This document shows positions 12,982 to 25,652 of a stretch of DNA of 64,000 nt, piece by piece. Numbering within the stretch: the stretch's first letter is position 1; each line of letters begins with the position of its first letter. The DNA comes from Chrysomallon squamiferum (lineage: Eukaryota; Animalia; Mollusca). The stretch is from assembly GCA_012295275.1 (NCBI GenBank), contig CM022669.1:2294001-2358000 (forward strand), in the 5' to 3' direction. The notes under the pieces were generated by a model. It did not search any database, was not told the origin of the DNA, and was given only the letters and a program-made list of their open reading frames with translations. A program made the position numbers and the translations under genes.

Positions 12982-15900
12982 TGCTATTATCTACTTTTAA
13001 CATTTCAGAAACATTCACTGATTTCTTCTTTGTAAGATACAAATATTTCATATCTCTAAAGAAAAGAAAATATATACAAAATTTTATTAAAGATTTACAG
13101 GTATAGTTTTTCCCATAATTTAATAATTTTATTAAAGCTAACAACTTTCACACGATAAAGTTTATATTAAAACTGTATATTGAAGACTGATCAGTGTCCA
13201 CAACTTTAAGTAATATATTCATTAAAAAACATCGCTCTTCTTTTCTTCCCAACTCCATTAAATTTCCTTATGTCACTAATGCTTTTTGTGGTTTAAAAAT
13301 CTGCCAGGAATGATTTTATACTTGGTATAAAAAATTGTGCTTGTCATATATCATTTTATTTTGAATGTTGTTAATAAAGATATAATTTGTAAAAAGTTTT
13401 ATATCCAGTGAAATTTGTTATTGTAAAACTTTTTTTATTTTTGTGTTTGGTGTAAGTAGAAAATAATAGCACGGCATAAATATAATACAAAATTATATGC
13501 CAGTAGTTAATGTGTACTTTTAATGTCAGATTGTTCTCATTTCAGTAAGTCTAATTCTTAAGTTCAAATTGTTAGTAACAGATCAATTGACATGTTGGAT
13601 ATTTTCTAGGTCCACTTCAGTAGGTGGTCAGCTGGTGTTTTTCTTCTACGATATATTTAATTATTACATTAATATCAAATGGGTTTTTTATTTTTTTCAT
13701 ATATTTTTTTATAATTTTAATTTTTGTATATTTACATAATGTATGAAAGAGAATGTTTTAAATGGAGGTATGTTTTTGTTATCTGTTGTCTTCAAGTGGA
13801 TCTTGTTAAATGTAGTTTTTAAAGTATTGTCTGATTTAATGTTCATCCAAACACTCCTGATGTTTCTAGTAGTTTTGATGTTAGATATCTTTATGTAAAC
13901 ATGGCATATATATATTTTTCAGTGCCATCTGTTGTTGTTTTTTTTTGTCTGACATCAGTATAACAAAAACAGAAACAGAGCTTTGTAATTGTTTTTATTT
14001 CTACTGGATGAAAAATGGTTAATCTTTAAAAACGTAGTATAGCACGCAAAAGTAAATGTTTTTCAGTTTTCAATATTGTGTAGCTGTAACTGTATATAAA
14101 GTATGTTGTAATTCGTTTTTTCTCTTTAATATATTTTTTTAATAAACATTTAAATATTAAACTATAACTGTAATATGTACATGTAGAAGGCTGTCAGTTT
14201 TTTCTGTGTGTAACTAATTTTGGCTAATTAAATTGTTATTATTTACATTATTTATAATTTTCAGGGTGAAAAAAAACAAATGTTTAAGAAATTAGTGATA
14301 CTTGTATAAGAAAGAGTATCCATTTTCTGTTTTAGACTGTCATAGCAGATTACACTAATGTTGTACTTTTTTTTTTTTTTCTTTTTGTTTCAGGTATAAA
14401 TCAAACACTTAACTTAATTTTTAATTTTAATAAAAAATAAATGACAAATGTTTTGTGTTATAATTGTTCAATATTAAAGTAAGGTGAATAGCAATTTATA
14501 GGCAGTTAAGAAATATTTGAATGTTGTCTACATTGTCTCTGTACATTTTTGTAAGATGTAATTACCATTGTGTCTAGTTGTTTCACTGTGATTTATTATT
14601 AGCTACCAAAACAGTTATGGTTAAATTACAGCTGAATTTATTTTTAAAAAATTGTACATTTCCTGTAACTTCTCTTTAAATATTAAATGTTGATTAGAAT
14701 ATGTTCTCTTTCAAAAGTGGAGTAACACATGTTCTTTTAATGGTTTTTAATATTCCATTTGAATAGATGTTTGTTTTTCTGCAGTAGACTTCAAACTAGA
14801 GCTAAGCTTAAATTGTAAAATTAAATAAAGCTCATTAAATATTAGCAGTATGTTTTATATTTTTAAAATACTTTTGTTTCAAGGCATTACACCAAAATAA
14901 TTTAATAGATCTGCCAGACAATGGGCTGCTGGTTGGTGACATTTCCATTCTAATGGTTGATTTTTTTCTTTGAACAGTAACAAAAATAACGCATTTAGGT
15001 TGTTTCATGGACAAATAATGTTTCATTTTATTAACAGATAGTGTAAAGGAAGTTTTAATACATACACATTGCTTTATTTGTGCAATAAATGTTTGAATTC
15101 ATTAAATTTTCCTGTTTTTTTAATTTAATTTTTATTTATTTACTTTTATTTTCATGTTATTTTTACAGAAAAACTGCATAATTATTCAGGATAATTCAGC
15201 GTACTCTATATTTGGATACTTTTCTTTTGACATTTATTACAAGTGCCAAAATCTGAAAATATTTTTGTTACCACAAGAATGCAATACAATTTTATTTCTA
15301 TTTTCATTTTAAAATTGATTTGAAGATAATGATTTGTAATTGCATATTACACAAAATGATCTATCTGCAAGCTGTTGATTTTTACACAAATATTTTGGAA
15401 TGAATCATCAGATGAATAACAAAACGAAGGAAACCTAGCCAGGAAAAGGTGCTGAACAGTTATCAAAAGAGCAAATTGAAATACAATTGTTTATGATGGC
15501 AGGTTTTCGTGTCATAATTCAGAATTATTAATGAAAATTTTGTTGAATTCCTGTTGTACACAGTATTAGCCTCATCTTTAATCCATCTTTTTCAAGTGAT
15601 CCATGTCTTAGTGTTACACATGATTACATGATTCCAGAATTAGGTCCACAGTAACATTTTACATCCATAGGCTAATTTTGACTTTTAACAGTTTACAATA
15701 ACTAATAATTAAATAATAAAAATGTTAATTTTGAATGCTGATGGGATGAATGATTTTACTTTTTAGAAATGAAAGATGGAATTAAAAAGGTTAAGAATAT
15801 AGTATATGTAGTCACTATTGTCATAATACCAGGTTACTGACTTGTCATTGTAAACTGGATGGCAGGTTGATGTAAGCAGCAAGTTCACTGAATAACTGAA

Positions 15901-16307
15901 GAAAGTTACGTTAATAGGTACAGTTATATAATATAACAATTACTAAATATAATACCAAGACAAAAATACTTTAATTTGTAAGAAGTAGCAAAATTCCAGT
16001 TAATGTACAATATTACACAGAATTCATTAACATAATAGTATTAAATTAAATGAACAAACCAGAATGAAATATTTTAAATTTTGATAAATTTTAAACTGGT
16101 CATATTTTATATTTCATCTATCACAACAGTGTGACTACCTTCTTTCAGTTTACTGCTCTTGTAAAAATCAGGATGACAAGGTGTGTTTTGATGTAAAGTC
16201 TCGACTACAAAAAAAAGTGAAAAATTCTGCAATAAGTGAAAAGTATAATAATGAGACAGATGCTGATATTAAAGCTAACACTTAAGAAAAAAAAAAAAAA
16301 AAAAAAT

Positions 16308-16389
16308 TGTGTATGTGTGTGTGTGTGTGTATATATATATATACGTACATATATATGTATATGTATATATATGTATGTATGTATGTATA

Positions 16390-16423
<34 letters not shown>

Positions 16424-16430
16424 CACATAT
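16308..16430. repeat. Compound (TG)n/(TA)n microsatellite; similar arrays at about 16910 (TTA), 20771 (TA), 32440, 33231, 38872, 41060, 47945, 52997 (TAA) and 56248 (TC)
   Basis: Simple repeats directly visible in the sequence. Confidence 0.95.
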
Positions 16431-16908
16431 AGTAATCACAGATATGTAGTATTATATAAAATAAATTTTTAATTTCTGGATGTATTAGTGTGTATAATTA
16501 TGTAATCTATAGTACTCCAATCAAAAGAAGAAAAGGAAAACGTCAGGTGGTATGTGCTATTCCATAATGATTACGTTTTATACATATGACCCATTTTATT
16601 TATCTTAAATCTCATAACAGTAGGTACCAGGTAAACAACTGTAAAATATCTGGTTAAAAGAAGAACTGAGATCATACAGCATTGCAACAGCTCACCGAGT
16701 TATCTCACAAATAAATAGTCGACTTACTCTTTGTTGTTATTCACCTATCGTATTTTATAAATATAATAACTGTGGCTTTTATTGTTTCACAATAGTATCA
16801 TAGAAAACAGGAGTGGTAAAATAACACCAACCTTGTTATACTGTAGTACAAGTAGTTGCACTAATACTCGGAAGGCATGTACCAGTTTTATTTTGTTTTA
16901 TTTATTTG

Positions 16909-16962
<54 letters not shown>

Positions 16963-18004
16963 TTGTAAGCTGTTTGCAATAATTTCATCTTGTAAGCTAA
17001 TAGAAGTATGTAAAATGAAAAATATTTATATTTTATTTATGATAGAAATCCATTTGTTTTAATGACACATCATATATAAATATTTTAGATTCTGACAAGC
17101 TTTTGGTTTTTATACATATATTGGGGAGTTTGGTACATACACTCATTCAGAAACTAAATCATTCTGCTGCTAATTATAGATATCGCTGTAGTCTGTTATA
17201 TGTTATAGATCTCTCTTTTATTGTGAACAGTGTTCAGACAGGCCTGAAAAGCCTGCGAAAGGTGAATGTGTTTTTTGTTTAATTAATGTTGTTGGCTTTG
17301 TGCATTCTTTTAAAAACTGTACATAATATTTAACAACGGTGTGGTTCCTGTACTGATCGTCTTTTTACCGTTTCGGTATGAGTAAGCTAAATGGATTTCC
17401 AGCCTAACACGGAAGTTTTTTTTTTCTTTTTCTTTCGTTTCCCCGGATTTAATTTTAAATGTACGAATAAAACAGAAAATTTGTTTCACTGGCGGTATTT
17501 TATGGAGCTATAAATATATAATAAACAATAACAAATTCAGAAACTAAATGTTTTCAAAGAACGGAAACTGGGAAATCAGTCTCAAAATTCATTGGTAAAG
17601 GAAAATATAAATAGACGATGTAAATAATTCTTATATCTATATATAAAGGGTTCATCAGTATAACATATATTCATTTTTATTTGAACAAATATTACATCAA
17701 GTGATTTACGACACGCAGGAATATAAGCGGCGTTTGTAATTCCAGTTGTTAACCTAATTTCTATGCTCTTACAGTAAAACATCAGTCGAGCGAAACACGT
17801 AAACAAATTACGTTCGGTTAAAGCCAGCATAAAAAAAAAATCAGTATGTTTTAATGTGAGCAGATTCAACGTTGTTACTCTTTTATTTACCTCTAACAGT
17901 ACAGATAATCAGTGACAGTCACGTCTATTGACCCTTACCACACGACTAACTTGCCAAACAAGAAATAGATACAGCCTGAAACTCCAGTATTGAATGAGAC
18001 CAAC

Positions 18005-19146
18005 ATGTCTGACAGGCAACGGATAAATTACGACTGGACGGTTCTTATTGCTGAAGATACCATAACCAGTTATGCTGATAGAACAAGTACCACAACGTCG
18101 ACTTTGAGATTTGCCAGATCGAGTAAATACTGCAGAGTGATGAGACAAAATGTCAAAAAATTGCTGGAAAGGCACAAAATTGTTTTTAATTCAATGGTAA
18201 GGAACCTGGACATCTGTGAAAAAAATGTGTGTGTGACTTTTGTCCAAGTAGCGGACGTTGTTTTTGAGGATGGGGTGACAAACTGGGGAAGGATTCTAAC
18301 AATATACGCATTTGCTACTCGTCTGGCAATGGCGTGTAATAGTAGTGAAAGTAAACTACTTGACACTATTGCCACTGACACAGGGAAATACATCTGGCAA
18401 AAACATGGAACATGGATTTTACAACACGGTGGATGGGTAAGCGATCAATTTAATTATTATTTTTATTGTTTACAACCTTGTGCTCAACCTTCATCTTTTA
18501 TTTTTTATCTTTTTTAAATATATATACAGGGTGTCCGTAAAGTTACTTGTAATAAAGAAATATGGTTAGATTAAAACAAATTTCAGAAAATATTTTAACA
18601 ATATAAGCAATCAATTTTATTTACTACAGTTTGGAATGAATATACCTATTTTATAGACTTGTTTTTAGTATGCGTATTTAATAGAGTTGTTTTCAGCTGA
18701 AATGTTTAGTAACTTTATGGACACCCTATAGGCCTATATATTACAATTACAGTTTAAATAATCTCAGGCCATCTGTTCAGTTCAGGTGAGCTAAAACCAA
18801 AACATTTCATTATTTCTAAAGCAAATAATGATAACTGAAGTACATATATCACACATTTTAGTATGAAGGTAATATTTCAGAAGTGATTAACCATTAAAAA
18901 GGAGTTCAAATATTTTTTACTTTACATGACATCTTTCTTGTACTCCATTCAAGTTAATAATATTATTTGTGTATGCGAGTAATTATATATATAAAAATGA
19001 TAATAATGAAAATAATATTTTATTTCCAGGATGCTTTTGTTGAAGCCTTTGATGACACAGATACAGTCGAAAAAGGTATCTGGAGAGGACTTCTTTTTAC
19101 TGCCATTGGTCTTGGAGCTATGGCAACTGTTTTGGCAGTCAGATGA
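18005..19146 (+). CDS. Second MCL1-like Bcl-2 family paralog, about 182 aa; exons 18005-18436 and 19030-19146
   Basis: BH1 VFEDGVTNWGRIL, BH2 WILQHGGW|DAF with the same intron position, and an exon 2 of the same coding length (117 nt). TM GLLFTAIGLGAMATVLAVR. The start Met is uncertain. Confidence 0.92.
18527..18728. mobile_element. Tc1/mariner-type MITE of about 200 bp in the paralog intron
   Basis: TIRs CAGGGTGTCCGTAAAGTTACT ... AGTAACTTTATGGACACCCTA, flanked by TA. Confidence 0.85.
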
Positions 19147-19619
19147 CTTCACTGAAAAAGATAGGTCTACTGGGTACATGACAGAATGAAACAGTTTCTT
19201 TCATGCTAAATGATGCTTAAACAATTCTCAAAATTTATCAAAGAATGCAAGTTTATTAAGAAAACCAAATCACTAGTGATATAGGCAATTATATGACTAC
19301 TTGATCTGTGATACAGCTGAACATTTTAAAATGATGTGTTACATTTATCTTTTCATATTTTAACAAATATTTTTAATAAACATTTGTTTTAATGTATAAC
19401 AGTACTGTTATTTATTTAGTTATTTATTTGGCTCTCTTCTTTTTCAGAGAAGCCAGTGTGGATTTTTAGTACAGAATACATAACAAAATAAATCAATTAA
19501 AACAGTGTCTGTTTGTGGTTGTGTGTGTGTGTGTGTTGCTGTCTTTTATTTTTGCACAAATAATATCATCCATAATTATAATCCATCAGTAACACATTAC
19601 ATTGTAATATTGTTTAAAT

Positions 19620-19960
19620 TTGACATCGCGATATACCATTTTGTTAGATGGCGGCCAACAATTGCCGACCCTTGAATTAGATATTACTATATATCATTTT
19701 ATACAAATACAATGGAAAGGGTGTAATGTTAGTGAGTCAATAAATGTGTATTACGTGTTCAATCTGAAATTGTTGGAATTCGTAAAGTGCTATTTTTAGA
19801 ACCGCCGACGTTAAGAGTCATCTGCCCGATTTCGAAATCCAGTCTTTACGATAACACAAATATGTTATGGGACCAATCAGAAATAAATCGATAACAATAA
19901 TCGTGGGAACGTTACCTTTGAATTATCAGGTTTTCTTAGGGTAGCTATCTGTACTGCGTG
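19620..19960. promoter_or_regulatory. CpG-rich promoter-like segment
   Basis: YY1-like AGATGGCGGC at about 19646, CCAAT box GGACCAATCAG at about 19870, and many CpGs against an AT-rich background. Target gene not established. Confidence 0.35.
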
Positions 19961-20682
19961 ACCTGACTGAATTTAAATGGTTATATTTGCGAGTTTTATT
20001 ATTTAATACACGATATCAAAAACGACTTAATGAAATATATAAATTATAATTATAAATGTTATTAAATAATATCTTTAAAAAACCCACAAAAAAATAAATA
20101 ACAATTATAATAAAAATAAAACTACTTAACAACAACAACAACAACAACAATAATAATAATTAGTGTAAACGGTAAACCCTCAAAAGTTACGTCCTCACCC
20201 GTAAGAATAGTTCTAGGTTCAGTTCGTTTTTATTTATAGATGATATAGACAAAGAAAGCGTAATTGTTGTTTTTCTTATTTTTAGAAAATAAATAAAATA
20301 CATGTAATAAATAAATAAATCACTAGACGTCTCCTCGTTACCAACTGATTTCTTCTTTTTTTATGCATCATGGAAGAAAAAATATTCTGTTTCCTTTAAT
20401 TCTTTATTATCAGTAATTTTAACAATTTGTGAATGTAACAGAATATCAAATAAATATTGAACATATTAATATAATAATAATAATAACAATAACAACAACA
20501 AAAACAATAGCAGCAGCAACAACAACTATCTGGCAACTCTGAAATCGTCTAAATAAGTATCTTCAATGATTTGCTTAGTGTAAATTCGTCAATTGTAATT
20601 CGTCAACAAACCGTATCGGAAACTAAACCAAATGGAATTATTTAATATTTTAAAAATAAATGAATTAAAGATAATTATTTTT

Positions 20683-20722
<40 letters not shown>

Positions 20723-20766
20723 TTCAGCATCACTTTATGTCACAGTTTATAACATTGTGGCGTTAC

Positions 20767-20824
<58 letters not shown>

Positions 20825-21666
20825 GTATTATAATTATTAAGAATTGTATTATAAAGTTAATAAAATACGAGCTATTTTTTGCACATGATTCTATTTAGGT
20901 TACAGAATTAGAATGATCTCTAATATTATTTTATGTTAACGTGAAAGATGTAATGGATGTTGCATAAATAAATTCATAAATAAAATAAATTTTGTTGTTT
21001 AATGTTGTTGCTTTGGGTTTTATTTTATTATTTTTATTTATTTATTTAGTATTATTTTTTGTTGTTGTTGTTAAAACAGACGCTCAATTGTATCATTTAT
21101 AATCATGCCGAATAATACTGGGTAATTTTAAAATATACATTTGCAAAACTGTATTTTGTACGCTCAGTTAATTTTTTCTTCTGATTTTTATTTTTCTATT
21201 TAATCTTTCTTTCTTTCTTTTCTTGAGAACATTACAAGAAAATATTATTCAAATTTTAATTTAATCTGTTAACAAGATTGTTGACATTCATTTTATGTAC
21301 AAAACCCACAAATGAATGCTGGGAACGTGCGTATGAACATTAAAACAAGCGTTGATCTAGTTGATTCAGTTTTGCTATCAGTACAATACGCCTCATTTGA
21401 AAGGACCCATAACTTCGGTTAAAAATAGAGTAAATTAATTTTATTTTTTATTATTCACATTATTTTTTTATTTTACATTTCCAGAACCTTTACGTTGGGT
21501 TTACATTTTACAAAACGACTAAATGTAGTTTTTAGTTCGACGGAAACGCTGAACAATCTGCCTCTCCCATCAGGCAATTATTATATTTACGGTTAAGCTA
21601 TGACTGAAACCCTGTAATTTTACGAGCTTCTACAAATATTTAACAGTCAGAAGAAATCTCGAGAAA

Positions 21667-24600
21667 ATGATGATAAACATGCAAGTGAATGAAATGACTT
21701 GGGCCAAAAAATGGAATTCTGAAATGTCAAACTCTAAGAATTGGACTATTGGTGAATCAGTCCCAAACTATCCACCAGTGAAAAGGACTCCGTCAAAAGT
21801 GAGAATAATTAAATATTTAATAATAAAAGACATATATTTGAAAGTATTTACAATGAATCGATTTATCCACCTAACATTCTAATTTTTATATTTTAAATTT
21901 ACTAACAATGTAATTACTGATTATTTAAACATAATTTAATGCTAACTTAATATTAACAGATACAGGCACAGTTTATTTTTGTGAATTATCGTCAGCCACT
22001 TAGTGACTTAACAAGTACAGATATTCATGCATTCACATAAATACAAAAACTTATTAATCATCCAAAGGTGATTTTCTACCAACAAGTAAATTTCTATTTA
22101 TCTTTCAATTTTATTTCAGTTTATGTAAATCATCAAATAATCAAAAATAGCTGAATGTTTTTATTTTGTAGAAATCTATGGATATGGAAACTGGATACAA
22201 GCTTATTAATATCATGGATCAAAATACAAAAGAAATAAAACAAAAACAACCAGAACCCAAGAGTAATAGAAATGTAATATAAATAACAAAATTTAGCATA
22301 TACTGAAAAATCAACACTTTAAGATTCAAATTAATATATGTAGATGCAGTTATATGCTGATTAAATAAGAAATTGTGATTTCTAAGTTTTCAGCATTTTG
22401 TTAGCAAGACATTAAAGGTTTGTTAATATTATTAAAGTTTGTAACTGAAAGCAGGATATATTTTATGCATGTGTAAATAAGTTCTAGGCCTAAATGTAGA
22501 TTAGTAATGAAATTAATATTTATATCTACATCTTGTGAAAATGGGATATATAATTAAGTGATTTAAATCAATTAATATGAGATACTGTTTTGTTTGATTG
22601 TTGTTTTTTTTTTTTTTTTTTTTTTTGTAAAGTTTTATTTTAATCTCCATTAAGTTGTTATTACTTGTAATTACTGTGCAGTCCTTTCTAAGTGAAGACA
22701 TTAGGAGAGGTCTGGAATTTCGTGAAGCTTATGACAAAGAATTCCAAGAGAGACGGGCATGGCTTGACCAAGTAAAGAAAGAGAATGACGTTATAATGGA
22801 AATAGTTCTCAAGTCAGTGTGAAAAAGAAATATATCATTGCGGTTAAATTAAATTTAATCATATCATAGAAGAAAAACTTAAGCTTAACTGATAACAAGA
22901 TGTAATTTAATCAAATAGTGACAAGTGTTGAAAATGCACCTTTTTTTAACCTGACATTCCATTTAAAATGGAACAATTTTTGAATCAATTATGAACCACA
23001 ATGACTTATTCCTCAACCCATTAGATAATTTCTTTAAACATGTAGTAATAGTCAAATTGGGGGTGTGAAAAGAAGTATTTTAATGTTGGCACTTGTTAGA
23101 GTAAATCACTGGTTCTACCTGGTGCAAAGAAAAGTATCTAAGGAGACAGTAAAGTTTTCTGATTCTCTTATTTTCATTCAGTGTGTATTGTAAATAAAAA
23201 AATATTTACTGTTTTATGAGATGGTTGGAATAATATTGTGGGTGGTGGAAATGAAAAAGGTAAATGTGCTGGTATCAAAATAACTGTCAAAACTTAGAAA
23301 TGTTATTTATGTTCTCACACTTGACACTATCACAATATCCTTTTATCATTCACATAAAATTTCATGACAAAAATCAGGAAAGTAACAAATAAAATTTAAA
23401 CTATAAATAAATGTAAACATTTTATATTTAAAAATGTGTGTTATATGTTTATGAAACCATCATCAAAAATAAATGTTTGATATATTTGTTAATTATTTAT
23501 TATTAACATTTTTCTTTTCTCTTCTTTATCTTCCTTCTTTTTTTTTTTCTTTTTTTTCTTTTTGACATTTTATAATAAAAAATAAAATTAAAATATTAAA
23601 AATTAAGCTCTCAAAAGGAAACTTTTAATGCAAAAGAAAGAACAAATTTCTATATAAATAGTCACAAATCAGACTCAGGGTCTGTCAAGCAGCTGAGTGA
23701 AACAAAAAGAAGTAATGACTCGGCTGATGTCAGAAATGCCAGTGACACCAACAGGAGCCAAGCCTCCTTTCTGGCTGATCGACTTAAGGAGCTCACTGAA
23801 GTAAAACTGAGCAAGGACACACCTGAAACCATATACAGCAAGGAGGCACTGGAAGACAGACACAAAGGCACATCTGACTGTAGCAGAAAGAGGAACAAAT
23901 CTGAACTAAATCGAAGAGAACATCCATATCATGGCAAACGAAATATGTCTGACTCTATGTTGAAACAGATTTCAATGCTTTTTGAACAACGACTTGCTAA
24001 TCTGCTGGCAGGAGGTATATTCATTTATGTTTATCAAGTTTTAGACTGTAAAAGTATTTGTTTTTTTAAATTCCATATAGTGAAAATTTATTGATTTTCC
24101 TGCAATTAGAGAGAGAGAAAAAAAGTTGTTTTCTAACTACATGAATTTGTTGGGTTTTGGGGGTTTTTTTTGTCATCAATTTAATTAAAATTCTATTTTC
24201 AGATCTTCTTATTTAAAATTTTTGTTTTACTTTAGACAATGAAGATGAATATCAGAAAGAAAATGAAGAGCCCAAACAAAACAAATGTGAAAACACTACA
24301 TCTTTAAAATGGAATTCACCAAATTTCAAAATTAAAGTGTGCTATTCAAATTAACATTGTTACCTCAACTGAATGACAAAATTTATTGTCATTATATTTT
24401 ACAGCTCTGTAGATACTTTCAGTTAATTCACATGCTAATAATATAGTTTCCTCTAATGACTGACTAGATTATCTACATATATCTGTTATTGGACAGAATG
24501 AAAATATTGATAGAAAAAAAAAAAAAAAAAAATGTATATACACACACATATACATATCAGTATATTTACATCATAAAAAGTTGGTGCTTTGAATAGAATA

Positions 24601-25043
24601 TTTAAATTAATTGATTTAATACATATTTTATGTATTTAAATATTTAGAATTATAGATTTTATTTATATCTACAAACTGATTTGGAGGCTACCCAAAACAT
24701 TTTATTTACAACATTATTTAAAGATTTTAGCACAGATTTCTTTTATTATTATGTTAAATAAATATAAGTATTTATTTATTGATAAAGAAAAACTTTTTTC
24801 TTATTTATTAAACTATATTACTTATTTTGATGTTTATATGGTATTATTAATAAAATTAACCTATATTTATATGAATAATTAGTTTGTTTTTATTTATATG
24901 AACAGTTTCTATAATAAATAATTTGATAATTAACACTCATCATAAAACTGTCCAAAATCAGGATGGGTTAAATAAATTATTGTTCCCAGCTATGCAGCAA
25001 TAGGATGATAATTAAAGAACATAGAACTTTTCCTCTGTCGTAA
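21667..25043 (+). CDS. Uncharacterised hydrophilic protein, about 290 aa; exons 21667-21798, 22172-22273, 22682-22812, 23662-24014, 24236-24336, 24990-25043 (alternatively ends at TAA 24354)
   Basis: Six GT-AG exons join in consistent phases with no stops, including an open 353-nt exon. No family recognised. Confidence 0.72.
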
Positions 25044-25265
25044 GAGAGAAAGACCGAAACAAATAAAAATAAAGAGAAAAAGCAGTGTGGATATCTGTAG
25101 ACAAATGCGGACTTGTAATATTTAAATGTCTGTTAAAAATCGGTCTCCTAATATTGGATGTAATACAATATTTAAAAAAATATATATTTTGTTTTAAATT
25201 TTATTTAGCCGATACTACCTTCGTTTTTCCTTGCATAAACTGGAAACAAACAAACAAACAAACAA

Positions 25266-25304
<39 letters not shown>

Positions 25305-25652
25305 ATTGACCAAGGATGCACATCTAATAATTATAACACTACGACACTTTTCATTCATATCAACTTTAGAAAAACATTGTTTTTGAATGTCTGATCAATA
25401 AACAGTTATTTTACTGAGTAAGTCCTCGTCTTAACAAAGAATTTTGAATACTTCAAAGCGGATCACAAATGATAAAGTTATCATTTCCTGTTATACGTAT
25501 AGCATTAACGTATTGTTTGCTTCTGGTCATTTAGTTAATCATATAACGCGTTGCGGTCTAAGGGAAATAACTCTAAATAATAAATATTTCGCACTTGACA
25601 ACAGAATTCATTAGACATGCAGATAATAAAACAGTTTTATTAAAACTTTGGA

